Part shown: positions 47,030 through 59,469 of the stretch, piece after piece | Layout: each line of letters begins with the position of its first letter | Position numbering within the stretch: the first letter of the stretch is position 1 | Source of the DNA: a bacterium | GTDB taxonomy: Bacteria; UBA8248 | Length of the DNA stretch: 64,000 nt | Reading direction: 5' to 3' | Assembly: GCA_965200245.1 (NCBI GenBank) | Contig: CBDATS010000002.1 | Coordinates: 96,001 to 160,000 of the forward strand | The notes under the pieces: generated by a model | What the model saw: the letters and a program-made list of their open reading frames with translations, nothing else | Databases searched by the model: none | Told to the model about the DNA's origin: nothing | Translations under genes and position numbers: made by a program

Positions 47030-47970
47030 TCGTGAATGAGAACCTGAAATCCTTTGCCGCGCTCAATTCATCGGATATTCCTGGAACGAAGCCGAATGGC
47101 TGGCTCGTCTTACGAATTCTGTCGCAGGCTGAGCACTCAAATCGGCTGCCGGAATTGTTTGAAAATCCTACGGAAGCTTTTGAGTCTCCATCCGACGTAT
47201 CGAGCGATTCGCGGCCGTTAAAGCCCTTGAAGTTCTGGAGAAGAAGTTTCCCTCGATTTGTCTGCCAAAATCCATCGAGAGGCATCAAAAACAGATACAG
47301 GAATCATTACGCACGATTCCACCCAGCATCCAGATCCCCCGCCTGACATTTGCACCCCGCCCGGCACACTCTTCACCAAAGGAGAAATATCGACGTCGGG
47401 CAGTTCGCCGTCACGATTTTCGGCATGCGACGCCTGAAGGACTACGGAAGGCGGGTGGCGAGGCAGCTTGTAGCCCAATTCGCCAGAAAGGACGTCACTG
47501 TCATGAGCGGAATGGCCCAGAGAGTCGACGCGTAAGCCCATTATGCTCACGCTCAAAAAGGGGGGAGAATCATCACCGCGCTCGACTCCGGATTTACACA
47601 GAACTACCCGGTGGAGCATAAGAAACTCAGATGCAAGATCGACACCTCCTCAAAGAGGGTGCACATCTGATAGAATGGAAAACGTGGACGATATCGTTAA
47701 CGCTCTTCCAGAGTACGCCCGAAATATGCTAGATAATCCAGCGCAGATTCGAGTGAGGGGATTGGGGCCTGAAAAACTGAAGGCAAAGAGGCTCCAGAGG
47801 TGGTAGCGCTCCTCAACCTCACGATTGTATGAATGGGTCCCATGATGAACCGGCTGGCTCGCTACTAGATGAGGAATTACCAACTTGACCAACCGCCTCT
47901 GCAAGGCGCTGCCGATAGGGAATCGAAAAACGACTACCGCCCCCCTGGAAATTCCACCTGCAGACGACGC
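47030..47970 (+). pseudogene. dprA: Heavily degraded DNA-processing protein DprA
   Basis: Fragments AVTIFGMRRLKDYGRRVARQLVAQFARKDVTVMSGMAQRVDA*AH, YPVEH, LKEGAHLIE and ENVDDIVNALP across several frames with stops; sits directly upstream of topA. Ends approximate. Confidence 0.85.
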
Positions 47971-48002
47971 TCCGTGCAGCAATCCGCAGGAATGAGAAAT
48001 AC

Positions 48003-50552
48003 ATGACTGACCAGAAAATCTCGAAAAACGCGCGTTTGAAACAAGCCTCTGCAAGGAGCAAATCACGCAATCGCTCCTCCCGAAGTGCAAAAAGCGGGAG
48101 CCCCGCCTCGAAACTCCTCATCGTGGAATCGCCGACAAAGGTGCGCACCATCCAGAAATTCCTTGGGCCCGATTTCGACATTCTCGCGTCACAGGGCCAT
48201 GTGCGGGACCTTAGAAAAACAGGCGAGCGCAAAATGGGAATAGATGTTCATAACGATTTCAAGGCAGACTACGGCGTTATTCAGAAAAAATCGAAGACCA
48301 TCGACCAGTTGCGCAAGGCGGCCACGGCGGCGAAGGAGATATATCTCGCTCCGGACCCAGACAGAGAGGGCGAGGCAATCGCCTGGCATATCCAGGAACT
48401 ACTCGAGGGTTCAGGGGCCGACAACGAATTCTACCGTGTGACGTTCAACGAAATCACGAAACGCGCGGTACAGGAAGCACTCTCGAAACCAAGACGAATC
48501 GACCAGAAGAAAGTGGATGCGCAAGAAACACGCAGAAAACTCGACAGAATCGTGGGCTTCAAACTCTCCGGCGAAATACTCTGGAACAAGGTCGCATTCG
48601 GCCTAAGCGCGGGTCGCGTGCAGTCGGTCGCGCTGAAACTGGTTTGCGAGCGCGAAGACGCGATTGAAGCCTCCGAACCGAAAGAATACTGGAGTATTAC
48701 GGCGCATCTGGAAAAAAGAGGCTCCGAGCCCCCCTTCGAAGCCAAATTGTTCCGAATCGACGGAAAAGAAGCGGAAATACCGGACGAATCCAACGCGATG
48801 ACACTGGCGAAGAAAATAGCGTTTAGCACCTTGAGAGTTTCCAGGGTCGAGAAAAAAGAACGTCGCCGCAGGCCGCTCGCGCCTTTCATCACCAGCACAC
48901 TGCAGCAGGAAAGCTCCAGCAAACTGCGCTATGGCGCAAAGAAGACCATGAGTATCGCCCAGTCGTTGTACGAAGGGGTGAACTTGGGGCGCAAAATGGG
49001 AAATATCGGCCTCATCACCTATATGAGGACGGATTCCGTGCGCCTCTCACCCGAAGCTGTCGCAACGGCGCGAGCCTATATCGAAACAGAATATGGGCAT
49101 GACTACCTCCCCCAAAAACCCAACGTCTTCAAAACGAGAGAGACTGCCCAGGACGCGCACGAAGCGATTCGGCCCACCGACGTTGGACTCACGCCCGAGA
49201 AGGTGCGCGCTTACCTGAAACCGGAACTATACGCTCTTTACAGTCTCATCTGGCGGCGCTTCCTCGCGAGCCAAATGACGCCCGCCGTCTTCAGCCAGAC
49301 GAGCGTGGACATCACGCCCGACCACCACCCAAAGAATGAGGAATTTCTTTTGCGAGCGAGCGGTTCCGTTTTGAAGTTCAATGGTTTCCTGAGGGCATAC
49401 CAAGACGACCCCGAAGCGGGGAAAGATGCGGACTCCCAGAAAGCCGGCGCGTCCAACTCCGGGCAGGATAGACTCCTGCCACCTCTTGAGGACGGCGACC
49501 CCCTGTTATTCGTCAACTCCGAAGCCGCGCCCACCGGGGTCGTCGCAGAGCAGCACTTCACCCAACCCCCGCCTCGCTACACAGAAGCCTCGCTGGTGAA
49601 AGAACTCGAAGAAGACGGTGTGGGCCGCCCGAGCACCTACGCCAGCATACTGGACACCCTGGAAAAGCGAAAATACGTCAGCATCGAGAGAAAGCGCAGG
49701 CAGTTCACCCCCACCTCGCTCGGCAGGGAAGTCAATCGTCTACTCATCCAGGGCTTTCCCGATCAGATCGACGTGGGCTTCACAGCGAAGATGGAAAAAT
49801 ATCTCGATGACATCGAGGACGGGACGACGTCGTGGCTACCCGTGATGAGAGATTTTTATGACAACTTCGACAGGAAAATTCAGATAGCAAAAAAGGAACT
49901 GCCGAACCTCAAGACCTCGGGAGAGCCAATCGGCAGAAATTGCCCCGAATGCGAGCGTGAATTGGTGAAAAAATTCAGCAAGAACGGCTGGTTCATCTCC
50001 TGTTCGGGATATCCGGGCTGCCGGTACTCGGAGAACATTCCCACCGAAAGCGAGCCCGATCCGGAAGAGACACAGGAGATGGCCCGCATCGAGGAAGTCG
50101 CCCAGCCATGTGAAGAGTGCGGTGCGCCGATGCAGGCGAAACGAGGACCGTACGGGATATACCTCTCCTGCACGGCGTTTCCCGATGCACACAGAAAGAG
50201 GAAAGCACTCGGCAACGGACAGGCCGCCACCGTCCCCAAGCCTACAGGCGTATCCTGTCCTACAGATGGCTGCGACGGAGAACTTGTGGAGCGGCGCTCC
50301 CGCCGCACCGGGAAGCCCTTTTTCGGGTGCAGCCGCTTTCCGGCATGCAAAACGGCTGTCTGGGATTGGCCCGTAGCGCAACCCTGTCCTTCCTGCGGTA
50401 ACTCCATCCTCACCATCAAAACGACCAAAAAGAATGGGGCCAAGCTTGTTTGCTCACAAAAAAATTGCGGATATACGGCAGAATGTCCTCCTGAACTCAC
50501 TGAGCGGATGGAAGTCTCGAAATCCACTCCCCCCCAGGAGGCCTCGGCTTGA
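48003..50552 (+). CDS. topA: DNA topoisomerase I
   Basis: LLIVESPTK, APDPDREGEAIAWH, SAGRVQS, LITYMRTDS, C-terminal zinc ribbons. Confidence 0.97.
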   Translation: MTDQKISKNARLKQASARSKSRNRSSRSAKSGSPASKLLIVESPTKVRTIQKFLGPDFDILASQGHVRDLRKTGERKMGIDVHNDFKADYGVIQKKSKTIDQLRKAATAAKEIYLAPDPDREGEAIAWHIQELLEGSGADNEFYRVTFNEITKRAVQEALSKPRRIDQKKVDAQETRRKLDRIVGFKLSGEILWNKVAFGLSAGRVQSVALKLVCEREDAIEASEPKEYWSITAHLEKRGSEPPFEAKLFRIDGKEAEIPDESNAMTLAKKIAFSTLRVSRVEKKERRRRPLAPFITSTLQQESSSKLRYGAKKTMSIAQSLYEGVNLGRKMGNIGLITYMRTDSVRLSPEAVATARAYIETEYGHDYLPQKPNVFKTRETAQDAHEAIRPTDVGLTPEKVRAYLKPELYALYSLIWRRFLASQMTPAVFSQTSVDITPDHHPKNEEFLLRASGSVLKFNGFLRAYQDDPEAGKDADSQKAGASNSGQDRLLPPLEDGDPLLFVNSEAAPTGVVAEQHFTQPPPRYTEASLVKELEEDGVGRPSTYASILDTLEKRKYVSIERKRRQFTPTSLGREVNRLLIQGFPDQIDVGFTAKMEKYLDDIEDGTTSWLPVMRDFYDNFDRKIQIAKKELPNLKTSGEPIGRNCPECERELVKKFSKNGWFISCSGYPGCRYSENIPTESEPDPEETQEMARIEEVAQPCEECGAPMQAKRGPYGIYLSCTAFPDAHRKRKALGNGQAATVPKPTGVSCPTDGCDGELVERRSRRTGKPFFGCSRFPACKTAVWDWPVAQPCPSCGNSILTIKTTKKNGAKLVCSQKNCGYTAECPPELTERMEVSKSTPPQEASA

Positions 50553-51871
50553 GTGACAGACTGCGGATCATCGGCGGCGGACTGGCGGGTTGTGAAGCCG
50601 CTTGGCAAGCGGCCAAACGAGGCATCGAGGTCGACCTCTACGAGATGCGACCCAGCAAGAAAACAGCCGCGCATGAAACCAGCGGTTTGGCTGAACTCGT
50701 CTGCTCGAATTCGTTCCGTTCGAACTCCATGGAAAACGCCTCCGGCTTGCTCAAGGAAGAAATGCGAAAGCTCGACTCAATCATCTTGCGGGGCGCCGAT
50801 TCCTGTCGGGTTCCCGCAGGGTTGGCATTGGCCGTCGATCGGACGTCTTTCAGCAAAGCGATCACCGAAGCGATCGAAAACGACCCACGAATCACAGTCT
50901 ACAGGGAAGAAGTCGGGAATTTGGAGGATAAAATCCTCACCATCGTCGCCACCGGCCCACTTACAAGCGATTCCCTCTCCGCAGAAATCGCCCGCCTCAC
51001 ACAGGGCAAATACCTCTATTTCTACGATGCCATCTCGCCTATCCTGCACGCGGACAGCATCGACATGTCGGTGGCTTTCAACTGCTCGCGTTACGGAAAA
51101 GGCAACGAAGGCGACTATCTCAACTTGGGCCTCAACGAATCGCAGTATTACCAATTCGTCGAGGATTTGCTCGCCGGCGAGAAAATACCTCTACGCGAAT
51201 TCGAACGCGCCATCTATTTCGAAGGCTGCCTCCCTGTCGAAGAAATGGCCGCGAGGGGAAAGGACACGCTTGCCTTCGGACCGATGAAGCCCGTGGGTCT
51301 CGAACATCCTGAAACGGGAGAGACGTACTGCGCGGTCGCCCAACTCAGGCGAGAGGATTTAACGGGAGATTACTTCTCCATGGTGGGCTTTCAGACCAGA
51401 TTGCGGTACCCCGAACAAAAGCGTATCTTCTCGACACTGCCCGCACTCGAGAATGTTCGCTTTTTGCGCTACGGAAGCCTGCACCGAAACACCTACATCA
51501 ACGCACCGCGCCTGATGCGGATAACCCTGCAACTCAAGCGCCACCCGCATATATTCATGGCGGGTCAGCTCACGGGTGTGGAAGGATACCTTGAATCGGC
51601 AGCCATCGGCTTGATCGCCGGAATGAATGCGGCCGCACTTATCCAGGGAGAACCCATCGCTCCCCCGCCCGCGACGACAGCGCTCGGCGCCCTGAATCAC
51701 TACATCATCGAGGCGAATCCGAGAAACTTCCAGCCCATGAACATTAACTACGGCCTGTTCTCGCCCCTGGAAAAACGTGTCCCAAAGAAATTCAGGAAAA
51801 GACACGTCACGAAACGCGCTATCGAGGATCTGGAGCAATGGCAAAGCAGACTCGCCTCACCAACAGCCTGA
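50549..51871 (+). CDS. trmFO: tRNA (uracil-5)-methyltransferase TrmFO
   Basis: IIGGGLAGCEAAWQ, AELVCSNS, FGPMKPVGL, AGQLTGVEGY. Confidence 0.96.
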   Translation: MSDRLRIIGGGLAGCEAAWQAAKRGIEVDLYEMRPSKKTAAHETSGLAELVCSNSFRSNSMENASGLLKEEMRKLDSIILRGADSCRVPAGLALAVDRTSFSKAITEAIENDPRITVYREEVGNLEDKILTIVATGPLTSDSLSAEIARLTQGKYLYFYDAISPILHADSIDMSVAFNCSRYGKGNEGDYLNLGLNESQYYQFVEDLLAGEKIPLREFERAIYFEGCLPVEEMAARGKDTLAFGPMKPVGLEHPETGETYCAVAQLRREDLTGDYFSMVGFQTRLRYPEQKRIFSTLPALENVRFLRYGSLHRNTYINAPRLMRITLQLKRHPHIFMAGQLTGVEGYLESAAIGLIAGMNAAALIQGEPIAPPPATTALGALNHYIIEANPRNFQPMNINYGLFSPLEKRVPKKFRKRHVTKRAIEDLEQWQSRLASPTA

Positions 51872-52776
51872 GCGAAACCCGGAAACTTTTCGAAGCGCAT
51901 CTGCGAGATGAGCGCGACAGTTCGGAACATACGCTTCGCGCATATGCGACCGATCTGAAGGACTTCGATGCGTTTCTTACCGACTGGGCGGAAAAGCCAG
52001 TTCCACTGGATGAAATCGACCCCTTGGCAATTCGAGGCTATCTCGGGTTTCTGTACAGGAAGGGAGTCTCTCCGAGGACCGTAAACCGGCGCCTGTCGAG
52101 CATACGCAGCCTGTTTCGTTTTTTGAGACGAGAGGGGTTTTCCCTGAACGATCCGGCGCGAGAGACACCCTCCCAAAAAGAAAAAAGGCCCTTGCCCAAT
52201 TTCTTGCCCGTGGACGACGCCGTCCGCCTCATGGAAATGCCCGACACTTCGACCCCGGAAGGCACGAGGGACAGGGCGATCTTCGAACTTCTCTACGGCT
52301 CCGGCCTTCGGGTCAGCGAATTGACGGGGCTGAACCGCGCCGATCTGAACATGGCGGAAAGACTCATTCACGTGCGCGGCAAAGGCAGAAAAGAGAGAAT
52401 CGTGCCCATCACGAAAAAGGCGGCCAACGCCGTATCGAACCACCTCGAGAAGATGGATACTGAATCTACCGAGGATTCTCCCGTGTTCATGAACAAGCGG
52501 AACAAGAGAATCTCCCCGGCCTTTGTGCGTTCGATCTTCCGCACGTATGAAATAAAAGGCGGCTTCAGCTATCATTTCACCCCGCACACCCTTCGCCACA
52601 CGGCGGCGACGCATCTGCTCGAAAGCCAGGAGGCTGACCTTCGCTCAATCCAGGAGTTGTTGGGACACGCGAGCCTCTCCACGACGCAAAGGTACACTCA
52701 GGTGAACTTCTCCCACCTGCGCGCCGTGTACGACGACGCGCACCCCAGGGCGAAGATGCAATCGAAACGAGGATGA
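51838..52776 (+). CDS. xerC: Tyrosine recombinase XerC
   Basis: RDRAIFELLYGSGLRVSEL, GKGRKER, HTLRH, QELLGHASLSTTQRY, HPRA; trmFO-xerC-hslV synteny. Confidence 0.92.
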   Translation: MAKQTRLTNSLSETRKLFEAHLRDERDSSEHTLRAYATDLKDFDAFLTDWAEKPVPLDEIDPLAIRGYLGFLYRKGVSPRTVNRRLSSIRSLFRFLRREGFSLNDPARETPSQKEKRPLPNFLPVDDAVRLMEMPDTSTPEGTRDRAIFELLYGSGLRVSELTGLNRADLNMAERLIHVRGKGRKERIVPITKKAANAVSNHLEKMDTESTEDSPVFMNKRNKRISPAFVRSIFRTYEIKGGFSYHFTPHTLRHTAATHLLESQEADLRSIQELLGHASLSTTQRYTQVNFSHLRAVYDDAHPRAKMQSKRG

Positions 52777-52779
52777 TAG

Positions 52780-53327
52780 ATGACGACACCAGACGCCATT
52801 ATCCGCTCGACCACGATTCTCGCTCTGCGCTACAAGGGCCAAACAGCTCTGGGCGGAGATGGACAGGTCACCATGGGGAACGCGGCGGTGAAGCACGGAG
52901 CTGTGAAAATTCGAAAGCTTGGCACCGGAAAGGTACTCGCAGGATTTGCCGGTTCGGCTTCCGACGCCATCGCCCTGTTCGAGCGTTTCGAGGGGAAACT
53001 CGAGGAATACCGGGGGAACCTCTCGCGCGCCGCCGTGGAGATGGGCAAGGATTGGCGGACAGACAGGGTCCTGCGTCGTCTGGAAGCCCTCCTCGCCGTG
53101 GCGGACGAAAACACATCGCTCATCCTCTCGGGCACAGGCGACATTATCGAACCTGATGACGGCGTGCTCGGGATCGGCAGCGGTAGCCCCATGGCCATCG
53201 CCGCCGCGCGTGGCATGCTGAGTCTCGAACCCGATCTCGGCGCAGACGAAATCGTGAGAAAATCTCTGGAAATCGCAGCGGACATCTGCGTCTACACCAA
53301 CAAGAACATTTCAGTGGAAACGCTCTA

Positions 53328-53328
<1 letters not shown>
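52780..53328 (+). CDS. hslV: ATP-dependent protease subunit HslV
   Basis: STTIL, GDGQVT, AGFAGS, GSG, ICVYTN. Confidence 0.97.
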
Positions 53329-54686
<1,358 letters not shown>

Positions 54687-54789
54687 ACCTTCACCCCTTC
54701 CCCGTTGGCCATGCACCTTCGGGAAGTGTATATTTTTCGGCTTGTGACGAGAAATCCATATCTCATTCTTCGCTATTGAAGGTTCAGAC

Positions 54790-55665
54790 ATGGAACCTAG
54801 AGACAGGGCGGCGACGCTGATTGAAGCGCTGCCCTATATCCAACAGTTTGCGGGCAAGACCATCGTCGTCAAATACGGCGGCGCGGCGCAGGTGCAGTCG
54901 GAACTTCAAGCTCCCTTCGCACAGGACATCGTGTTGCTCAAGTACGTGGGCATCAACGTGGTCGTCGTCCACGGCGGAGGCCCCCAAATCGGTGAAACCC
55001 TCAAGAAAATCGGCAAGACCAGCGAGTTCATCGAAGGTCTCCGGGTGACGGACGAAGAAACCGTCGGCGTGGTGGAGATGGTACTCTCCGGTGCCACGAA
55101 CAAGAGCATCGTGAGACTCATCAACCGGCACGGTGGGAACGCCGTGGGTCTTTCCGGTTCGGACGCAGGCCTCACGACGGCGAAGAAACTGATCATGAGC
55201 AGAAAAGGGCCAAGCGGAGAGGACATGGAATATGACCTGGGACGCGTCGGCGAGGTGCTGTCGATACAGCCCGATATCATCCACCACCTCACCAACGGCG
55301 GTTTCATTCCCGTCATCGCGCCCCTGGGCGTGGGGGAAGACGGCAACATCTACAACATCAACGCCGACTCTGCTGCCGGTGCCATCGCGGGCGCGTTGCA
55401 CGCGGAAAAATTTATCCTGCTGACCGACGTGCCCGGTATTCTGGACGATGGGCAAAGCCTCATCAGTACCATCAGACACGATGATATTGATAGGCTCAAA
55501 GAAGAGGAAATCATCACCGGCGGGATGATTCCGAAAGTCGACGCGTGTCTGCATGCGCTCTCATCGAACGTCACGAAAACCCACATCGTCGATGGCAGGG
55601 TTCCACACGCCGTTTTGCTCGAAGTGTTCACGGATGAAGGCGTGGGCACGCAAATCGTCAGATAG
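54790..55665 (+). CDS. argB: Acetylglutamate kinase
   Basis: VVKYGG, VHGGGPQI, GLRVTD, NINAD, GGMIPKV. Confidence 0.96.
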   Translation: MEPRDRAATLIEALPYIQQFAGKTIVVKYGGAAQVQSELQAPFAQDIVLLKYVGINVVVVHGGGPQIGETLKKIGKTSEFIEGLRVTDEETVGVVEMVLSGATNKSIVRLINRHGGNAVGLSGSDAGLTTAKKLIMSRKGPSGEDMEYDLGRVGEVLSIQPDIIHHLTNGGFIPVIAPLGVGEDGNIYNINADSAAGAIAGALHAEKFILLTDVPGILDDGQSLISTIRHDDIDRLKEEEIITGGMIPKVDACLHALSSNVTKTHIVDGRVPHAVLLEVFTDEGVGTQIVR

Positions 55666-55684
55666 CTCCTTTTTGAGGAAAAAC

Positions 55685-56878
55685 ATGGACAACGCCACAC
55701 TGATCTCGGACGCCGAACTGAACGTCGCCCCCACCTACGGGCGCTATCCTATCGCCCTGGTCCGCGGCGAGGGATGCCGCGTCTGGGATGCGGACGGGAA
55801 GGAATATCTGGATTTTGTATCCGGTCTGGCGGTGTGCAACTTAGGGCACTGCCACCCCGGTGTCGTGGCCGCCATCAGAGAACAGGCCGGAAAGCTGATT
55901 CACGTTTCGAACCTCTATCACATCGAACCACAAATCGAGTTGGCCAAGAAGCTCAACCGGCTTTCTTTCGGTGACAAGGTATTTTTCTGCAACAGCGGCA
56001 CGGAAGCCGTCGAAGCGGCACTCAAACTCGCCAGAAAATATTCGTTCCAAAAATACGGGGAAGGCCGACACGAGATATTGAGCTTCGACATGAGTTTCCA
56101 CGGCCGCACCATGGCGTCTCTCACCGCCACGGGCCAGACGAAATTTCACGGGGCGTTCAAGCCGTTACTGCCCGGTTTCCGCTACGTGCCTTTCGGCGAC
56201 GTGGAAGCGATTGCCGCCTCGGTCTCGGAGCAAACTTGCGCCATCATGGTGGAACCCATCCAGGGCGAGGGAGGCGTGAACGTGCCGCCCGAAGGATATC
56301 TCAAGGGTCTAAGGGAGGTTTGCGACGCCAACGATCTTCTCCTGCTTTTTGATGAGGTGCAGGTCGGCCTCGGCAGGACGGGAAAACTCTGGGCGTACGA
56401 GAACGAGGGTGTAGCGCCCGACGCCATGAGCCTCGCGAAGGCGCTCGCGGGCGGAACGGCCATAGGCGCTCTGGTCGCATCGGATAAAGCCATGGCGTTC
56501 GAACCAGGCGACCACGCCGCCACGTTCGGGGGCAATCCACTGGCCACCGCCGCAGGATGCGCAGCAGTGGACGCCATCACCGCACCCGGATTCCTCGAAC
56601 ATGTCCGGGAGATGGGAGCCTACACTACCGCAGGACTCGAGGAATTGGCGAAGCGGCACGCTATCATCAAGGACATCAGAGGCAAGGGGCTGATCATCGG
56701 CTGCGAGGTGGACGTGGACGCGACTTCCATCGTCGCGAAGGGATTCAAGGCGGGGTTTTTGCTCAACGTAGCCGTCCAGAAGGTTATCCGGCTCATCCCG
56801 CCCCTCGTCGTGGAAAAGGAAATGATCGACAAGTTGATGGATTTCCTCGACAAGGCACTCGCGGATCTGGCGAAATGA
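55685..56878 (+). CDS. argD: Acetylornithine aminotransferase
   Basis: FCNSGTEA, SFHGRT, EPIQGEGG, DEVQVGLGRTG, AKALAGG, TFGGNP. Confidence 0.94.
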   Translation: MDNATLISDAELNVAPTYGRYPIALVRGEGCRVWDADGKEYLDFVSGLAVCNLGHCHPGVVAAIREQAGKLIHVSNLYHIEPQIELAKKLNRLSFGDKVFFCNSGTEAVEAALKLARKYSFQKYGEGRHEILSFDMSFHGRTMASLTATGQTKFHGAFKPLLPGFRYVPFGDVEAIAASVSEQTCAIMVEPIQGEGGVNVPPEGYLKGLREVCDANDLLLLFDEVQVGLGRTGKLWAYENEGVAPDAMSLAKALAGGTAIGALVASDKAMAFEPGDHAATFGGNPLATAAGCAAVDAITAPGFLEHVREMGAYTTAGLEELAKRHAIIKDIRGKGLIIGCEVDVDATSIVAKGFKAGFLLNVAVQKVIRLIPPLVVEKEMIDKLMDFLDKALADLAK

Positions 56879-57816
56879 ACAAGCTCGACTATCTAACCGG
56901 CCAGGAACTGAGCGCCGCCCAAACGCTGGAACTCATCGAAGAAGCGCTTGTCCAGAAACAAGAAACCGTACAGGAGGGAAAACTCCGCCCCGCCTTGGCG
57001 GGAAAGAACTTCGCGTTCCTCTTTGAAAAGCACTCCACGAGAACCCGGGTTTCCTTTGAGGCAGGGCTATCGCAACTGGGCGCGAACGCGATTTTCCTAG
57101 CTCCCAACGACACACAGATTGCCCGGGGAGAAACCCCCGCAGACAGCGCAAAGGTGCTGAGCGAATATGTGGACGGCATCATCGTCAGAACCTATGCACA
57201 TGAACGCGTGGAGGAAATCGCCGCGAACGCGGGCGTTCCCGTGATCAACGGCCTGACGGACCTGCACCATCCCTGCCAGGCGCTTGCCGATTTCCTGACA
57301 ATGAGAGAACGCTACGGAACGCTCGAGAACTTGAAACTCGCCTATTTGGGCGACGGAAACAACGTGCTCCATTCACTGCTCATCGTGGGCGCCTTGATTG
57401 GTGTTGACGTGAGCGCCGCGTGCCCGAAAGAATATTGGCCGGACTCCGGAATCCTGGAACAGGCTCAAAACTCGGCGCGAGAATCCAGCGCGCAAATCCA
57501 CGTCACAGAAGACGCGGAAGAAGCCTGCACTGACGCCGATGCCATTTATACGGACGTATGGACCTCTATGGGACAGGAAGAAGAGAACGAGCACCGCCAG
57601 AGGGTGCTGGCTCCATATCAAGTGAACGAGAACGTATTCCGGGTCACGAACGAGGACGCCGTCTTCATGCACTGCCTCCCCGCACACAGAGGGGAGGAGG
57701 TAACTGCGGACGTCATCGACGGCCCGCGCAGCGTCGTGTTCACGCAGGCAGGGAATCGGCTCCACGCACAGAAGATACTCCTTCAAATCCTAGCTGGAGG
57801 AAACAATGGCGCCTAA
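56875..57816 (+). CDS. argF: Ornithine carbamoyltransferase
   Basis: [28 protein letters not shown]; ATGA overlap with argD. Confidence 0.96.
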   Translation: MNKLDYLTGQELSAAQTLELIEEALVQKQETVQEGKLRPALAGKNFAFLFEKHSTRTRVSFEAGLSQLGANAIFLAPNDTQIARGETPADSAKVLSEYVDGIIVRTYAHERVEEIAANAGVPVINGLTDLHHPCQALADFLTMRERYGTLENLKLAYLGDGNNVLHSLLIVGALIGVDVSAACPKEYWPDSGILEQAQNSARESSAQIHVTEDAEEACTDADAIYTDVWTSMGQEEENEHRQRVLAPYQVNENVFRVTNEDAVFMHCLPAHRGEEVTADVIDGPRSVVFTQAGNRLHAQKILLQILAGGNNGA

Positions 57817-59020
57817 GCCGAAAAGGGTCGTCCTCGCCTACTCAGGAGGGCTGGACACCTCCGTCATGCTCAAGTGGATCAAGGAAACGTACGAATGCCC
57901 CGTCGTGGCCTATGCGGCGGATGTCGGACAGGGTGCAGGAGAACTCGACGGCCTGGAGGAAAAGGCGCTGGCCACAGGTGCGGAATCGTGCCACATCCTC
58001 GATTTGAGGGAAGAGTTCGCGTGCGACTTCATCTTTGCCATGTTGCGCGCGGGCGCCATTTACGAAGGGTCATATCTGCTGGGAACCTCCATCGCAAGGC
58101 CGCTCATCGCGAAAGGCCACATGGACGTGCTTGCAAAAACGGGGGGCGACGCCGTCGCCCATGGAGCGACGGGCAAGGGGAACGACCAGGTGCGCTTCGA
58201 GTTGACATATGCCTCCATCGATCCGGAGGTCACCATCATCGCGCCCTGGCGTGACTGGGACTTCGGGGGGCGGTCCCACCTCATCGCCTACGCGGAAAGG
58301 CACGGCATCCCCATACCTGTGACGGCGGAAAAACCCTATTCGATGGACAGAAACCTCCTGCACATCAGCTTCGAGGGCGGTGTTCTGGAAGACCCCTGGG
58401 CGGAGCCGCCCGAGGACATGTACGTCCTGAGCGTATCCCCCGAAAAAGCGCCGGACGCGCCCGAATATGTCGAAATCGAATTTGAAAGGGGCGACCCCGT
58501 GGCATTAAACGGAGAACCCCTCTCTGCGGTCGCCATGATGGAGAGACTCAATGCCTTGGCTGGCGCGCACGGCGTGGGCCGGGTGGACCTGGTCGAGAAC
58601 CGCTTCGTTGGCATGAAGAGCAGAGGCGTCTACGAAACGCCTGCCGGCACGGTGTTACATGCGGCGCGACGGGCCGTGGAATCCCTGACGATGGACAGGG
58701 AAGTCATGCAACTGCGCGATTCCCTGATCCCAAAATACGCGCAACTCGTCTACAACGGCTTTTGGTTCGCGCCCGAGCGGGAATTCCTGCAATCCGCCAT
58801 TGATCGTGCGGCGGAAACGGTTTGCGGCTCGGCCCGGGTGAAACTCTTCAAGGGTTCCTGCAGCGTGGTGGGAAGAAAAGCACCTGAAAACATGACCCTG
58901 TATCGTCCCGACCTCGCCACCTTTGAGGAAGATGTGGTCTATTCTCAGAAAGATGCAGAAGGGTTCATCCGCCTGAACGCCTTGCGTCTCAGAGTGCGCT
59001 CGCAACGCGGTTCCCGGTAG
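57806..59020 (+). CDS. argG: Argininosuccinate synthase
   Basis: [40 protein letters not shown]. Confidence 0.97.
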   Translation: MAPKPKRVVLAYSGGLDTSVMLKWIKETYECPVVAYAADVGQGAGELDGLEEKALATGAESCHILDLREEFACDFIFAMLRAGAIYEGSYLLGTSIARPLIAKGHMDVLAKTGGDAVAHGATGKGNDQVRFELTYASIDPEVTIIAPWRDWDFGGRSHLIAYAERHGIPIPVTAEKPYSMDRNLLHISFEGGVLEDPWAEPPEDMYVLSVSPEKAPDAPEYVEIEFERGDPVALNGEPLSAVAMMERLNALAGAHGVGRVDLVENRFVGMKSRGVYETPAGTVLHAARRAVESLTMDREVMQLRDSLIPKYAQLVYNGFWFAPEREFLQSAIDRAAETVCGSARVKLFKGSCSVVGRKAPENMTLYRPDLATFEEDVVYSQKDAEGFIRLNALRLRVRSQRGSR

Positions 59021-59469
59021 AATCTTTCCGGTTGTCCTGCAATTCCTCGTAAAATTTGTGCTTAAATCGGGGTTTTGCGGCGATGGTCGCATGACACGAG
59101 CGGTGGTGAACAGTCACTTCTCCCAGCCGAAACACCTCGCCCTTTTCGGAAATTGCTTGAATGACTCTACAACTCCTTGGGTGATTTGTTTCTAGATATC
59201 GTCAATTGATATTCAATGACCCTCTATGTTTCCCAACCTACGCTCACTGTATTCTTTATTTTTTGTATTTCGACCCGGATTAGATTATCCTCTATATGTG
59301 TGGCTATGCCGATGGTTCCATTAAGCCAGTATGGCCTCAAACTTCCGCCCATTCTCTTCAAAATATACAATAATGGTCGTTGGCAATCTGGAATGGACTC
59401 AAGCTAGCTATGCGTATATATGATGATTTGCGACTAAAATGAAGTCATCCAAATGAGGGAGGAAGCTCC

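Noticed and set aside
47340-47350. TGA in the dprA region as selenocysteine
   Set aside because: Not at a Cys motif, no SECIS-like hairpin seen, and accompanied by TAA stops and frameshifts.
51838-52776. Tyrosine recombinase as sign of a mobile element
   Set aside because: Sits in the conserved trmFO-xerC-hslVU context, so it is chromosomal XerC.
59021-59460. Small ORFs in AT-rich flanks (also 60574-60870)
   Set aside because: Short, stop-riddled and without recognisable motifs.
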